Assembly: GCA_938036545.1 (NCBI GenBank)
Contig: CALHQJ010000010.1
Span: forward strand, 22,980 to 86,979
Origin: an uncultured Clostridium sp.
Lineage (GTDB): Bacteria > Bacillota > Clostridia > Lachnospirales > Lachnospiraceae
DNA length: 64,000 bases
Reading direction: 5' to 3'
The position numbers and the translations under genes are program-made. Under the pieces are notes generated by a model. The model saw only the letters and a program-made list of their open reading frames with translations, searched no databases and was not told the DNA's origin. Below are positions 19,092 through 29,121 of this stretch, one piece after another. Within the stretch, counting starts at the first letter, position 1. Each line of letters opens with the position of its first letter.

Positions 19092-19148
19092 CATACATTT
19101 GGTATACAAAATTGTCATATGCCGCATTTGTAAAGGAAGAACATTAGA

Positions 19149-21629
19149 ATGAAAAAGATTTTAACAAGGGCAGCGATTTTGCTGATAATATTTATATCAG
19201 CCGCTGCCGGCTATTTTATATGGAACCGCAATCACAGCTTGTCAAAGGAGGAACAGCGGGTATATACGGCAATTCAGGAAACAGCCTTTCCAGTTATGTA
19301 TATGGAGATGTTTGGGGAAAAGATGAATTGTCTCCATGGATACTCCCAGGATATGCGGGAAGCAGATATGAGAGATACGCTGACGATTTTACCGGAAGAC
19401 CGGAAGCTGGCAATTTACATCGAAGATTATGATGGGGAAATTACCGGAATCTATTATGAAATACGCAGCCTGGATTTGGACAGACTGGTGGAACGGACTC
19501 AGGTTGAAACCTGGGAGACTACAGAAAACGGGGTTCGTGCAGAACTTCCGATACAAAACCTTCTTACCAGAGAGCAGGAGTATTTATTGAGCCTGTCGGT
19601 TACGACTTCTAAAAATGGAACGATTGGATACTATACGAGGATTAAATGGAGTGAGAATACCAATATTCAGCCTATGATTGAACTGGCCAGGCAGTTTTCT
19701 GCCAGCACCTTTCACTATGAAGACGCCTCGGAACTGACCATGTATTTAGAGCCGGATGCAGCGGCAGACAACAGCTCCTTTGGAGACGTTTCCATTAACA
19801 GCAGTTTTTCCCAGCTGACCTGGGGGGATCTTCAAATGGAGCAGGGCAGTCCGGTGGAGATTTCGTTAAAAGAACTGGATGGCATTATGGGGCAGATTGA
19901 ACTGCAATATCTGGCTTTCAGGCAGACGGAAGATGGCCGCACGGAAACCTATGAGGTGACGGATGATTTCACTTTGAAATGGAGTGAACAGAGAATCTAC
20001 ATGATGGATTTTGACAGGCAGACGGACCAGGTATTTACCGGAGATCCAGCCTGTTTTTCCGGAAAACGGATTCTGTTAGGCGTGACCGGAGAGGAAAGAG
20101 TCAGCGCGAAATTAAGTCCTGACAAAAAACAGACGGCATTTTGCGTCAACAGGGATTTATGGCTGTATGATCAGAAGGATCAGGAACTGGTCAATGTATT
20201 TTCCTTTAGAACCGGAGAAAATGAGACTGGTATCGAATACGATAAGCATGACGTTCGAATTTTGCAGGTGTCAGACAGTGGGGACGTAGATTTTCTGCTG
20301 TATGGGTACATGAACCAGGGCCGTCACGAAGGACAGGTGGGAATTGGTTTATATCATTATTCCGATGAAAAGGGCGCTTTGGAAGAACGGTTTTTTGCGC
20401 CGTCTGTTACAACCTTTGAGTCTTTGAAGGGAGATTTGGAAAAATTGTGCTATCTGTCTGGCGGCGGTATGCTGTATCTGATGCAGGATCATGCCGTATA
20501 CGGTATCGATTTAAGCAGCAGCGAATATATTATTCTGGCAGATTCCCTGGAAGAAGGGGCGTTTGCGATCAGCAGGGATGGCCGTCACTTTGCATGGCAG
20601 GACGACCAGAAACATAATCAGGCGTCTTATATCAGTCTCATGGATTTGGAGACCGGAGCCAAGCAGACGATTTCAGCGCCAGAGGGAGATTACATCCGGA
20701 GTCTGGGCTTTGTCGGAGGGGATTTCCTTTATGGACTGGCGCACCAGGACAGCAGCTGGACGGTAAATGGCCGTTTAGAGGACATTCCCATGTATGCGCT
20801 GGAAATACAGGGAGAGGACGGACAGGTTCTGACCAGATATGAAAAGGATGGATACTATATTTCGGGAGTGTCGGTAGAGGACAGCCGGATTCACCTGGAA
20901 CGCCTGGCCGCTGTATCTGGAGGAGCCTATACAAAGGTGGATAATGATACCATTGTCTGCAATGCGGATCTGGAGGATAGGCACATGGAAGGAATTGGCT
21001 GGTATGCGTCAGCCGATAAGGGAAAGATTTACTTTGCCCAGCTTTTTGCAGATGTGAAAAACAGCCAGAGCGTAAAATTTTCCAGTCCGGAAAAGGTTTC
21101 CTATGACCAGTCACTGGATTTGCAGCTTACTGCCAACACGCCTTTTACCGGCATGACCTTTTATGCTTATGGCAATGGCCGTTTAAAGGGGACGTCCCAG
21201 GATTTTGTCAAGGCGGTAGAATTGGCATATGAAGATATGGGCGTAGTAACGGATCAGGATCAGAATATTTTGTGGAACCGAACCAACAGGGGAAATATCC
21301 GGACTATTCGAGACGTGCAAAATACTGCGGCGCCGATTATCCAGCATTTAGGAGAGTTTACAGAGAGCAAAGAGTTTGAAGACGGACTGATTCTTTTGGA
21401 TGCAAAAGGACTGGCATTAAACCAGATTTTGTATTTTGTGGATCAGGGGCTGCCAGTGGTGGCCTATACCGGAGAAGGGACTTATGTACTGATTACCGGT
21501 TTTGACCAGTTTAATGTGACGCTGTATCAGCCGGAAACTGGAGAAACCTGGAAAATGGGACTGAATGACGCTTCCAGTTATTTCCAAAGCCTGCAAAATG
21601 ACTTTATTTGCAGCATCAGAACCCACTAA
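19149..21629 (+). CDS. membrane-anchored 826-aa protein of unknown function (TolB-like beta-propeller repeats likely)
   Basis: It has an N-terminal signal anchor (AAILLIIFISAAAGYFIW). Central repeats resemble WD40-like/TolB propeller blades (SPDKKQTAFCVNRDLWLYD; ISRDGRHFAWQDD...ISLMDLETG). No catalytic motif was recognised. Confidence 0.6.
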   Translation: MKKILTRAAILLIIFISAAAGYFIWNRNHSLSKEEQRVYTAIQETAFPVMYMEMFGEKMNCLHGYSQDMREADMRDTLTILPEDRKLAIYIEDYDGEITGIYYEIRSLDLDRLVERTQVETWETTENGVRAELPIQNLLTREQEYLLSLSVTTSKNGTIGYYTRIKWSENTNIQPMIELARQFSASTFHYEDASELTMYLEPDAAADNSSFGDVSINSSFSQLTWGDLQMEQGSPVEISLKELDGIMGQIELQYLAFRQTEDGRTETYEVTDDFTLKWSEQRIYMMDFDRQTDQVFTGDPACFSGKRILLGVTGEERVSAKLSPDKKQTAFCVNRDLWLYDQKDQELVNVFSFRTGENETGIEYDKHDVRILQVSDSGDVDFLLYGYMNQGRHEGQVGIGLYHYSDEKGALEERFFAPSVTTFESLKGDLEKLCYLSGGGMLYLMQDHAVYGIDLSSSEYIILADSLEEGAFAISRDGRHFAWQDDQKHNQASYISLMDLETGAKQTISAPEGDYIRSLGFVGGDFLYGLAHQDSSWTVNGRLEDIPMYALEIQGEDGQVLTRYEKDGYYISGVSVEDSRIHLERLAAVSGGAYTKVDNDTIVCNADLEDRHMEGIGWYASADKGKIYFAQLFADVKNSQSVKFSSPEKVSYDQSLDLQLTANTPFTGMTFYAYGNGRLKGTSQDFVKAVELAYEDMGVVTDQDQNILWNRTNRGNIRTIRDVQNTAAPIIQHLGEFTESKEFEDGLILLDAKGLALNQILYFVDQGLPVVAYTGEGTYVLITGFDQFNVTLYQPETGETWKMGLNDASSYFQSLQNDFICSIRTH

Positions 21630-21653
21630 ACAGGGAGAAAAAGCTGGATTCTC

Positions 21654-21681
21654 TTTACAAGCCGGATTTTTATGATATAAT
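21654..21681 (+). promoter_or_regulatory. promoter TTTACA-16-TATAAT with TGn extension
   Basis: tttaca lies at 21654-21659 and tgatataat ends at 21681, upstream of murA. Confidence 0.55.
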
Positions 21682-21766
21682 CTATAGTGCATAATTTTAA
21701 CATTAAGAAATTTGTAACATATTTTTTATTTTTGTAATAGATTTAGGAATGATTTAGGAGACTAGG

Positions 21767-23059
21767 ATGGAACAATACATTATGAAGGGCGGCAATCCTC
21801 TTGTAGGTGAAGTCACCATAGGAGGAGCCAAAAATGCTGCCTTGGGAATCCTGACCGCGGCAATCATGACTGACGATGACGTACTGATAGAGAACCTTCC
21901 GGATGTCCGAGACATTAATGTGATGTTGGAGGCAATCGAGGAGATTGGAGCGACAGTAGAACGCATTGACCGCCATACGGCTAAGATTAATGCATCAAGT
22001 ATTCACGAGATTTCTGTAGATGACGAATATATCCGAAAAATTCGGGCGTCCTATTATTTTATAGGAGCCCTCCTTGGAAAGTATAAGAGCGCTCAGGTGC
22101 CGCTGCCAGGGGGCTGCAATATTGGCAGCCGTCCCATTGACCAGCATCTGAAAGGATTTCGGGCTCTTGGCGGAGACGTCCGGATTGAAAACGGAGCAGT
22201 CCAGGTTCATGCCATTGATTTGGTAGGAAGCCATATTTATCTGGATGTGGTTTCCGTAGGCGCTACCATCAATATTATGATGGCCGCAGCGCTAGCAGAG
22301 GGAATGACGATTCTGGAAAACGTGGCAAAAGAGCCTCATGTAGTAGATGTAGCTAACTTTTTAAACAGTATGGGTGCCAATATTAAGGGCGCTGGAACGG
22401 ATACCATCCGTATTCGAGGCGTAAAGAAGCTCCATGGAACCGAATATTCTATTATTCCGGATCAGATTGAAGCAGGCACATTTATGTGTGCAGCTGCAGT
22501 TACCCGCGGCGATATTATGGTAAAAAATGTTATTCCCAAGCATTTGGAAGCCATTACTGCCAAGCTGTTAGAGGCTGGCTGTGAAGTGTCTGAATTTGAT
22601 GATGCAGTACGGGTAGTTGGAAAACCAAACCAGCGCCATACGGATATTAAGACCCTTCCGTATCCTGGATTTCCTACGGATATGCAGCCTCAGATGACGG
22701 TAACGCTGACATTGGCAGAGGGAACCAGCATGGTAACGGAGAGTATATTTGAAAACCGCTTTAAGTACGTAGACGAGCTGGCCCGCATGGGAAGCAATAT
22801 TAAGGTAGAAGGCAATGTGGCGGTGATCGACGGTGTAAAGCGTCTCACAGGAGCTCAGGTCAATGCGCCGGATTTACGGGCAGGCGCAGCACTGGTACTG
22901 GCTGGCCTGGCTGCAGAAGGCATTACAGAAGTTGATGAAATCGGCTACATTCAGAGAGGCTATGAGTGCTTTGAAGAGAAATTGAAGGCTCTTGGAGCAG
23001 TTATTGAAAAAGTGGATTCTGAAAAAGAAGCCCAGAAATTCCGTTTAAAGGTAGGATAA
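21767..23059 (+). CDS. murA: UDP-N-acetylglucosamine 1-carboxyvinyltransferase
   Basis: It has GGAKNAALGIL, the active-site loop LPGGCNIGSRPIDQHL and FPTDMQPQ. Confidence 0.95.
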   Translation: MEQYIMKGGNPLVGEVTIGGAKNAALGILTAAIMTDDDVLIENLPDVRDINVMLEAIEEIGATVERIDRHTAKINASSIHEISVDDEYIRKIRASYYFIGALLGKYKSAQVPLPGGCNIGSRPIDQHLKGFRALGGDVRIENGAVQVHAIDLVGSHIYLDVVSVGATINIMMAAALAEGMTILENVAKEPHVVDVANFLNSMGANIKGAGTDTIRIRGVKKLHGTEYSIIPDQIEAGTFMCAAAVTRGDIMVKNVIPKHLEAITAKLLEAGCEVSEFDDAVRVVGKPNQRHTDIKTLPYPGFPTDMQPQMTVTLTLAEGTSMVTESIFENRFKYVDELARMGSNIKVEGNVAVIDGVKRLTGAQVNAPDLRAGAALVLAGLAAEGITEVDEIGYIQRGYECFEEKLKALGAVIEKVDSEKEAQKFRLKVG

Positions 23060-23064
23060 TTTAC

Positions 23065-23093
23065 TTGACAGGGTTTTTAAAATGCTGTATAGT
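23065..23093 (+). promoter_or_regulatory. promoter TTGACA-17-TATAGT
   Basis: A consensus -35 lies at 23065-23070 and the -10 at 23088-23093, ahead of the SAM riboswitch. Confidence 0.7.
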
Positions 23094-23127
23094 AAATTTG
23101 CTTTAAAATTGAAAAGTTCGTAAATAT

Positions 23128-23270
23128 CCCTTATTCAGAGTGATGGAGATACAAAGGATCTGTGAAGTCACGGCAACCCCGATTGTGCGCGGTAAGCGCC
23201 AGGGTCGGAAGGTGCCAGCCTGAGCGAGGAGCTGTGTCCGGTGGGAGGCAGCCAGTCGAGCAATAAGAGG
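23128..23270 (+). promoter_or_regulatory. SAM-I (S-box) riboswitch
   Basis: P1 is cuuauu/aauaag. The core reads cagagugauggagauacaaaggaucugugaagucacggcaacc ... ggugccagccugagc, matching the S-box consensus AGAG.GG.GGAG..GG.C..GAA..C.GCAACC / GGUGCCA. It lies upstream of metK. Confidence 0.8.
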
Positions 23271-23290
23271 ATTTGATGATGACAATCTCA

Positions 23291-23320
23291 AGTCCGCATT
23301 GCTGCGGACTTTTCTTTTTC
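23291..23320 (+). terminator. riboswitch expression-platform terminator
   Basis: An 8-bp stem agtccgca/tgcggact with a ttgc loop is followed by tttcttttt. Confidence 0.75.
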
Positions 23321-23363
23321 ACAAATATCAGATTAATTTGTAAAAACACAAGGAGGAAACATT

Positions 23364-24551
23364 ATGGAGAGACGTTTATTTACTTCAGAATCAGTAACCG
23401 AAGGACATCCGGATAAGATGTGCGATGCCATCTCTGACGCCGTTTTAGATGCGTTAATGGAGCAGGACCCAATGAGCCGTGTAGCCTGTGAGACAGCTGT
23501 TACCACAGGTCTGGTACTGGTAATGGGTGAAATTACCACCAACGCTTATGTAGATATTCAGAAACTGGTTCGGGAAACCATCCGCGAGATTGGATACGAC
23601 CGTGCAAAATACGGTTTTGACTGCGATACCTGCGGCGTAATTACTGCCATTGACGAGCAGTCTGCCGACATTGCGTTAGGCGTGGACAAGGCTTTAGAAG
23701 CCAAGGAAAATACCATGTCTGACAGCGAGATTGACGCTATCGGCGCTGGCGATCAGGGCATGATGTTTGGCTACGCAACCAATGAGACCGAAGAATATAT
23801 GCCATATCCAATCGCACTGGCACACAAACTGACCCGTCAGCTTACCAAGGTAAGAAAAGACGGCACATTAAAGTACCTGCGTCCGGATGGAAAGAGCCAG
23901 GTAACGGTAGAATATGATGAAGCTGGAAAGCCGGTTCGTCTGGATGCGGTTGTTCTTTCTACCCAGCATGATGAGTCCGTAACTCAGGAGCAGATTCACG
24001 AAGATATTAAAAAATACGTATTTGATCCCGTATTACCGGCTGACATGATTGACGGCAGCACCAAGTTCTTTATCAACCCAACTGGACGTTTCGTAATCGG
24101 CGGCCCTCATGGAGACAGCGGTTTAACTGGACGTAAGATTATCGTAGACACCTACGGCGGATATGCCCGTCACGGCGGCGGCGCATTCTCCGGAAAAGAC
24201 TGCACCAAGGTAGACCGTTCTGCAGCATACGCTGCCCGTTACGTTGCAAAGAATATCGTAGCAGCAGGACTTGCAGACAAGTGCGAAATCCAGCTGTCCT
24301 ACGCAATCGGCGTTGCACATCCGACTTCTGTTATGGTAGATACCTTTGGAACCGGAAGAGTCAGCGACCAGAAGCTGGTTGAGATTGTAAGAGAAAACTT
24401 TGATCTCCGTCCGGCAGGCATCATCAAGATGTTAGACCTGCGCCGTCCGATTTACAAGCAGACTGCTGCTTACGGACATTTTGGCAGAAACGATCTGGAT
24501 CTGCCATGGGAGAAATTAGACAGAGTTGAGACATTAAAGAAGTATTTATAA
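23364..24551 (+). CDS. metK: S-adenosylmethionine synthetase
   Basis: It has [28 protein letters not shown] and GGGAFSGKD. Confidence 0.97.
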   Translation: MERRLFTSESVTEGHPDKMCDAISDAVLDALMEQDPMSRVACETAVTTGLVLVMGEITTNAYVDIQKLVRETIREIGYDRAKYGFDCDTCGVITAIDEQSADIALGVDKALEAKENTMSDSEIDAIGAGDQGMMFGYATNETEEYMPYPIALAHKLTRQLTKVRKDGTLKYLRPDGKSQVTVEYDEAGKPVRLDAVVLSTQHDESVTQEQIHEDIKKYVFDPVLPADMIDGSTKFFINPTGRFVIGGPHGDSGLTGRKIIVDTYGGYARHGGGAFSGKDCTKVDRSAAYAARYVAKNIVAAGLADKCEIQLSYAIGVAHPTSVMVDTFGTGRVSDQKLVEIVRENFDLRPAGIIKMLDLRRPIYKQTAAYGHFGRNDLDLPWEKLDRVETLKKYL

Positions 24552-24566
24552 GATTCAGATTTTATG

Positions 24567-24597
24567 CAGGGGCTAAAATGGCCCCTGTATTTTTTTA
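24567..24597 (+). terminator. rho-independent terminator after metK
   Basis: The stem caggggc pairs with gcccctg across a 7-nt loop and is followed by tattttttt. Confidence 0.8.
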
Positions 24598-24818
24598 TCA
24601 CAGAATTAAGAAGCAATGTTTATTTGGGATTATAGAATGAAAACAGTCCAAAATAAGTTGAAAAAATAAGCTATAATGAACTATAAACAAAAAAATCTGT
24701 CCAAAACTAAAACAAAAGAGTCCGAGTTTCTTCACAGTTCAGATTTTCATGGAAGGAATGGATATAATTAAAATCAGAAAGCATGGACGGAAAAGAAAAA
24801 TGGAAATGGTGAAGTTCT

Positions 24819-27446
24819 ATGTACGAAAAGACGAAGAAAGAAATATATGATTTGATTAAATTAAACACGGAATCATTAGACTGGAAAACACCGAAACTAA
24901 TGACTACGGGAGAAATTAGCAGACAATTAAATATTAGCAGAAATTTGTGCAGCCACTATTTAAATGAAATGGTAAAAGAAAAGGCGCTTATTAAAATCAG
25001 CACAAGGCCAGTATCGTTTTTGCATCGAAAAACAGTTGAACGGTTGTACAGGGTTCATTTGGAAGAAAATGAATATTTGAATTTTTATGATTTAAGTACA
25101 TGCCTGGGAATTTCAAAAAAGGACGTATTTGATGATTATATTGGATCACATTCAGGATTGAGCTATCAGGTCAGCAAATGTAAAGTTTCAGTAAGATATC
25201 CAGATAAGGGAATTCCGATTTTGATTTATGGAGAAAAGGGAACGGGAAAACATAAGCTGGCAGAACTGGTAGGAGAGTATGCACTTGAGAAAGGATATTC
25301 AGACGAAAAGACGAAATTTATAGATGCCGGAAGTTTTGGTGATAAAGATGAAGCGCTAGAATCGGAAGTTCTTTTTTGGACTGAAAAAAAGAAATGGATT
25401 ATATGCATTGAAAATGTTGAAGAAATTTCCAATAACCGATTGATGAAGATTTTGGAAAAAGCGGAGTGCAAGATGATACTGACAGCCAATATCAGACATG
25501 ATGCTGGTGAAGTGGAACAGTTAGTAAGACAAATCCCTCTTGCGATAGAAATTCCGTCTCTGTCAGAACGATCGGATGAGGATAAAAAAGAATTATTGTT
25601 ATATTTTATGAAACAGGAAGCATTGAAAATTAAAAGTGATATTTTAATAGATATTCGTGTGATGGAACTTTTAATTCAATATTATTATGCAAGAAATATT
25701 GACGAGCTTCGAGATATTGTTATGACTTGCTGTGCAAATGCATTTGTGAGAAAAACAGAAGCAGAAGAAGTGCAGATATGTATATATGACCTTCCCGAAA
25801 AAGTAGTGGCAGAAAGTTACAGGTTTTATTCAGAAACAGAACCGTCTGTTATGATGAATATTAAAAACTATAAAGTGAACCATTATATAGATGAATTTCA
25901 GAACTATTGTAAACAAATATATGAAAAATATCTTCAAATTGAAAAGACCCCTGATATAGAAGAAAAAGTAGAAGAATTATGGAAGATAACAGAAGAATTT
26001 TGCGATTACCTGACATATAAGAACTGCTATTCAAATAAAAAAATAGAAGCTTTAAAAAAGGTTGTTTCAGGGATGCTTGATTCTATGATAGAGCGATATG
26101 GGATTTCTTTCCCGACAGAATTTGACCTTATTTTTGCAAAATGTTTATATGTCCAGTCTGAATTAATGGGAAGAGAAAAAAGCCATTATGAAACAGATTT
26201 AAAACGGTGTCTGGAAGAATTGTCAGAAGAACATGAAGCAGAGCAATTGCTGGTGGAAGAGCTAAAAGATAACATTGAAAGCTGCCTGGGTGTTAAAGCG
26301 AGTAATATGAACCAGCTGTTTGTACTTCTGAATTTGATACAGTTTAATAGAGAACCAGGATGGGGAAAAACCAGAGGCGTGATAATTTGCCATGGGAGTG
26401 CTACTGCAAGCAGTATGGCTGAGATTGTTAACAAGGTATTAGGATTCAGAATATTCGAAGCGATTGATATGCCAATAAATGTATCACCTGCAGAAACCAT
26501 TCAGAGACTCAAAAAGTATATGAAGTATATAAAAACGCCAAGAGAACTTATTATACTGGTAGATATGGGGTCTTTAGAAGAACTGCACAGCTGTTTAAGT
26601 GATGTAAAAGGCTTGAAAGCAATTATCATTAATAACGTATCGACAAGAATGGCAATGGATGCAGGAGCCAAGATCAGAGCATCAGTCAGCTTGGATAAAA
26701 TCGCAGAAACAGTATGTTATGAAAACAGGAGTACATATCGTCTGGTAGATAATACAATTCCGCAGAAAGCAATCTTGTTTTGCAGTGAAACTGGTATTGG
26801 AGCAGCAAAGAGAATGTCAGAATTATTTGCAGCCAGTTTCCCGAAAAAATTAAACATAGAGTTTTTAAGTGTTGATTACAGAAATGTTTTGGAACCAAAA
26901 TCACTACAGGCAATAATCGATAAGTACGAAGTTTTGTTTGTTGTAGGAACACAGGATCCGAAAAATCCAAACATTTGTTATGTTTCTATGGAAGATGTAA
27001 TTGGCTTCAATCATATGGAACGAGTATTTTCTGTTTTGGAACAATTTTTATCAAGAGAAGAATTGGGTGTGTTTAAGAAAAATCTGGTAAAAGAATTTTC
27101 CTTACAAAACGTAATTCAAAATTTAACCATTTTGGATGCAGAAGTTCTGATAGGTATGGTTAACGATGGCATTGAAAAACTGCAGAAAAAGATGGGAAAA
27201 AATTTTTCTGACAGAATCCGGATTTCGCTCAATGTACATATATGCTGTCTGGTAGAACGCCTGATTAGGAAAGAGGCATTAGATAAGTTTGATAATGAAG
27301 AAACAGGGACAGAAGAGTTTATACTGTTCACCAATGCAGTAAGGGATTCTTTTCAGAATATCAGTCTGCATTACAATGTAGAAATTCCGCTTGGTGAAAT
27401 TGCTTATATAAAAAATTATTTTGATTATGGGAAGGAGAAAAAATAG
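24819..27446 (+). CDS. LevR-architecture PRD/PTS-regulatory-domain transcriptional regulator with degenerate AAA+ module (no GAFTGA loop)
   Basis: The domain order is N-terminal HTH, AAA+ remnant (Walker A GEKGTGKHKLA), PRD, EIIA(Man)-like domain (VIICHGSATASSMAEIVNKVLG), EIIB(Gat)-like segment (AILFCSETGIGAAKR) and a second PRD (NVHICCLVERLIRKE). The region where the GAFTGA loop should be reads ESEVLFWTEKKKWIICIENV. Confidence 0.75.
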   Translation: MYEKTKKEIYDLIKLNTESLDWKTPKLMTTGEISRQLNISRNLCSHYLNEMVKEKALIKISTRPVSFLHRKTVERLYRVHLEENEYLNFYDLSTCLGISKKDVFDDYIGSHSGLSYQVSKCKVSVRYPDKGIPILIYGEKGTGKHKLAELVGEYALEKGYSDEKTKFIDAGSFGDKDEALESEVLFWTEKKKWIICIENVEEISNNRLMKILEKAECKMILTANIRHDAGEVEQLVRQIPLAIEIPSLSERSDEDKKELLLYFMKQEALKIKSDILIDIRVMELLIQYYYARNIDELRDIVMTCCANAFVRKTEAEEVQICIYDLPEKVVAESYRFYSETEPSVMMNIKNYKVNHYIDEFQNYCKQIYEKYLQIEKTPDIEEKVEELWKITEEFCDYLTYKNCYSNKKIEALKKVVSGMLDSMIERYGISFPTEFDLIFAKCLYVQSELMGREKSHYETDLKRCLEELSEEHEAEQLLVEELKDNIESCLGVKASNMNQLFVLLNLIQFNREPGWGKTRGVIICHGSATASSMAEIVNKVLGFRIFEAIDMPINVSPAETIQRLKKYMKYIKTPRELIILVDMGSLEELHSCLSDVKGLKAIIINNVSTRMAMDAGAKIRASVSLDKIAETVCYENRSTYRLVDNTIPQKAILFCSETGIGAAKRMSELFAASFPKKLNIEFLSVDYRNVLEPKSLQAIIDKYEVLFVVGTQDPKNPNICYVSMEDVIGFNHMERVFSVLEQFLSREELGVFKKNLVKEFSLQNVIQNLTILDAEVLIGMVNDGIEKLQKKMGKNFSDRIRISLNVHICCLVERLIRKEALDKFDNEETGTEEFILFTNAVRDSFQNISLHYNVEIPLGEIAYIKNYFDYGKEKK

Positions 27447-27859
27447 TGACAAAATATTTAATCGCAAGTCACGGAAAACTTGCAGAGGGGCTATATGACA
27501 CATTTGTAATGGTTATGGGGAAAAATGAAAACCTGTCTTTTTTCGGAGCATATACGAATGCAGAAGAAGATATGGAAGAAACGGTGAAAGAATATGTAGA
27601 TGGAATAAAAGAAGGAGATGAGCTCATTGTTTTAACAGATGTATTTGGAGGCAGTGTTAATAATGAATTTATGAAATATATTGGCAGAAAACATTTTTAT
27701 CTGGTTTCCGGTGTCAGTTTGCCTCTGCTGATTGAAATGGTTACAGACAGAGACCCCGATACTGCAGAGAAAATCAAAGGGATTATAGGCAGAGCGAGTC
27801 AGTTTGTCTGTGACTGTAATAACATGAAACTGGATAATAATGAAATGGATGCTTTTTAA
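27446..27859 (+). CDS. PTS mannose-family EIIA
   Basis: KYLIASHGKLAEGL carries the active-site His. The GTG start overlaps the regulator's TAG stop. Confidence 0.85.
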   Translation: MTKYLIASHGKLAEGLYDTFVMVMGKNENLSFFGAYTNAEEDMEETVKEYVDGIKEGDELIVLTDVFGGSVNNEFMKYIGRKHFYLVSGVSLPLLIEMVTDRDPDTAEKIKGIIGRASQFVCDCNNMKLDNNEMDAF

Positions 27860-27872
27860 GGAGGTGAAAAAG

Positions 27873-28334
27873 ATGGTTAAATTAGTCAGAGTTGATCACA
27901 GGCTTCTTCATGGACAGGTTGTATTTATATGGACAGCTTCAATCGGAGTAGATTGTATTTTAATTGCTAATGATGCAGTGGCAAACGATCCAATACAAAA
28001 AGGTATTTTAAAACTCAGCCAGCCAACGGGTGTAAAGCTGATCTTTAAGTCAGTAAAAGATTCTATTGAAGCGTTAAACAGCGGCGTTACAGATAAATAC
28101 AATTTAATGATTATTACAAGCAATATAGATGATGGATATGAACTTGCAAGTAAAGCAGAGCAGATTCATTCCCTGAATCTTGGAAACGTAAAATTACGGG
28201 AAAACACACATAACTTATCAAAGTTGGTACATGTTACTGATGAAGAAGAAAGAAAATTAAAGACATTAGCGGCAGAAGGCATTGAAGTTGAAATACGTGC
28301 AGTACCAGGTGATGATAAAATCATTGTAAAATAA
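27873..28334 (+). CDS. PTS mannose/sorbose-family EIIB
   Basis: MVKLVRVDHRLLHGQVV carries the active-site His motif. Confidence 0.88.
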   Translation: MVKLVRVDHRLLHGQVVFIWTASIGVDCILIANDAVANDPIQKGILKLSQPTGVKLIFKSVKDSIEALNSGVTDKYNLMIITSNIDDGYELASKAEQIHSLNLGNVKLRENTHNLSKLVHVTDEEERKLKTLAAEGIEVEIRAVPGDDKIIVK

Positions 28335-28359
28335 GTTTCTTGCAGGATGGAGGATAATT

Positions 28360-29121
28360 ATGTTAATGCAGGCTATATTAATTGGGATTGTTACATTTGT
28401 ATGCTATGCAAATCCAATGGTCGGCAGTCTAAACTGGCTGCGTCCGATTGTGTGTGGCAGTTTAACTGGGCTGGTTCTGGGAGATCCACAGACAGGCTGC
28501 ATTGTTGGTGCAACATTGGAGCTGGCATTTTTAGGAAGTTATGCAATTGGGGGAGCGCTTCCGCCAGATTTCACGGCAGGTACGATTTTGGCAACAGCAT
28601 TTGTGATTACCTCTGGAGCCAGTACGGATATGGCTTTGGTATTGGCTTTTCCAATTTCTACGTTGGCATTACTGCTTAAAAATGCAGTATACATTGGAAT
28701 CAGAGGATATTGTTCAGAAAAGGCAACTAAGTATGCAGCACAGGCAGATGTAAAAAATGTACGGCGTATGCATTTGCTGGCGGCAGTATCATTTCCGGCA
28801 ATTATGACAGTTGTGTTAAGTATTTGTTTTTATATGGGTTCCGAGCAGGTTACTTTATTAGTCAATATGATTCCAGAATTCATTTTAAATGGATTGAAAG
28901 TTGCCAGTAAAATACTTCCGGCTTTAGGTTTTGCAATGCTGGCAAAAATGCTGATTAGCAAGAGCACAGTTCATTACTTTATCTTTGGATTTGCATTAGC
29001 AGCATATTTAGAACTTCCTATTTTGGGAATTGCGATATTTGCAGTAGTATTAGCAACTATTATCGTAAATTTAATGGAAAAAAATACAAAAACGGAGGTA
29101 GCGCTTGATGATGACTTCTAA
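28360..29121 (+). CDS. PTS mannose/sorbose-family EIIC
   Basis: This is a 253-aa polytopic protein whose LTGLVLGDPQTGCIVGATLELAFLG motif is typical of ManY/AgaC-like proteins. Confidence 0.85.
   Translation: MLMQAILIGIVTFVCYANPMVGSLNWLRPIVCGSLTGLVLGDPQTGCIVGATLELAFLGSYAIGGALPPDFTAGTILATAFVITSGASTDMALVLAFPISTLALLLKNAVYIGIRGYCSEKATKYAAQADVKNVRRMHLLAAVSFPAIMTVVLSICFYMGSEQVTLLVNMIPEFILNGLKVASKILPALGFAMLAKMLISKSTVHYFIFGFALAAYLELPILGIAIFAVVLATIIVNLMEKNTKTEVALDDDF

Noticed and set aside
24598-24818. I searched for a sigma-54 (-24/-12) promoter upstream of the LevR-like regulator and PTS operon.
   Set aside because: No TGGCAC-N5-TTGCA-like element was found by eye here or at the regulator/EIIA junction. 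Only short GTCCAAAA-like repeats of unknown meaning are present, so no promoter was called.
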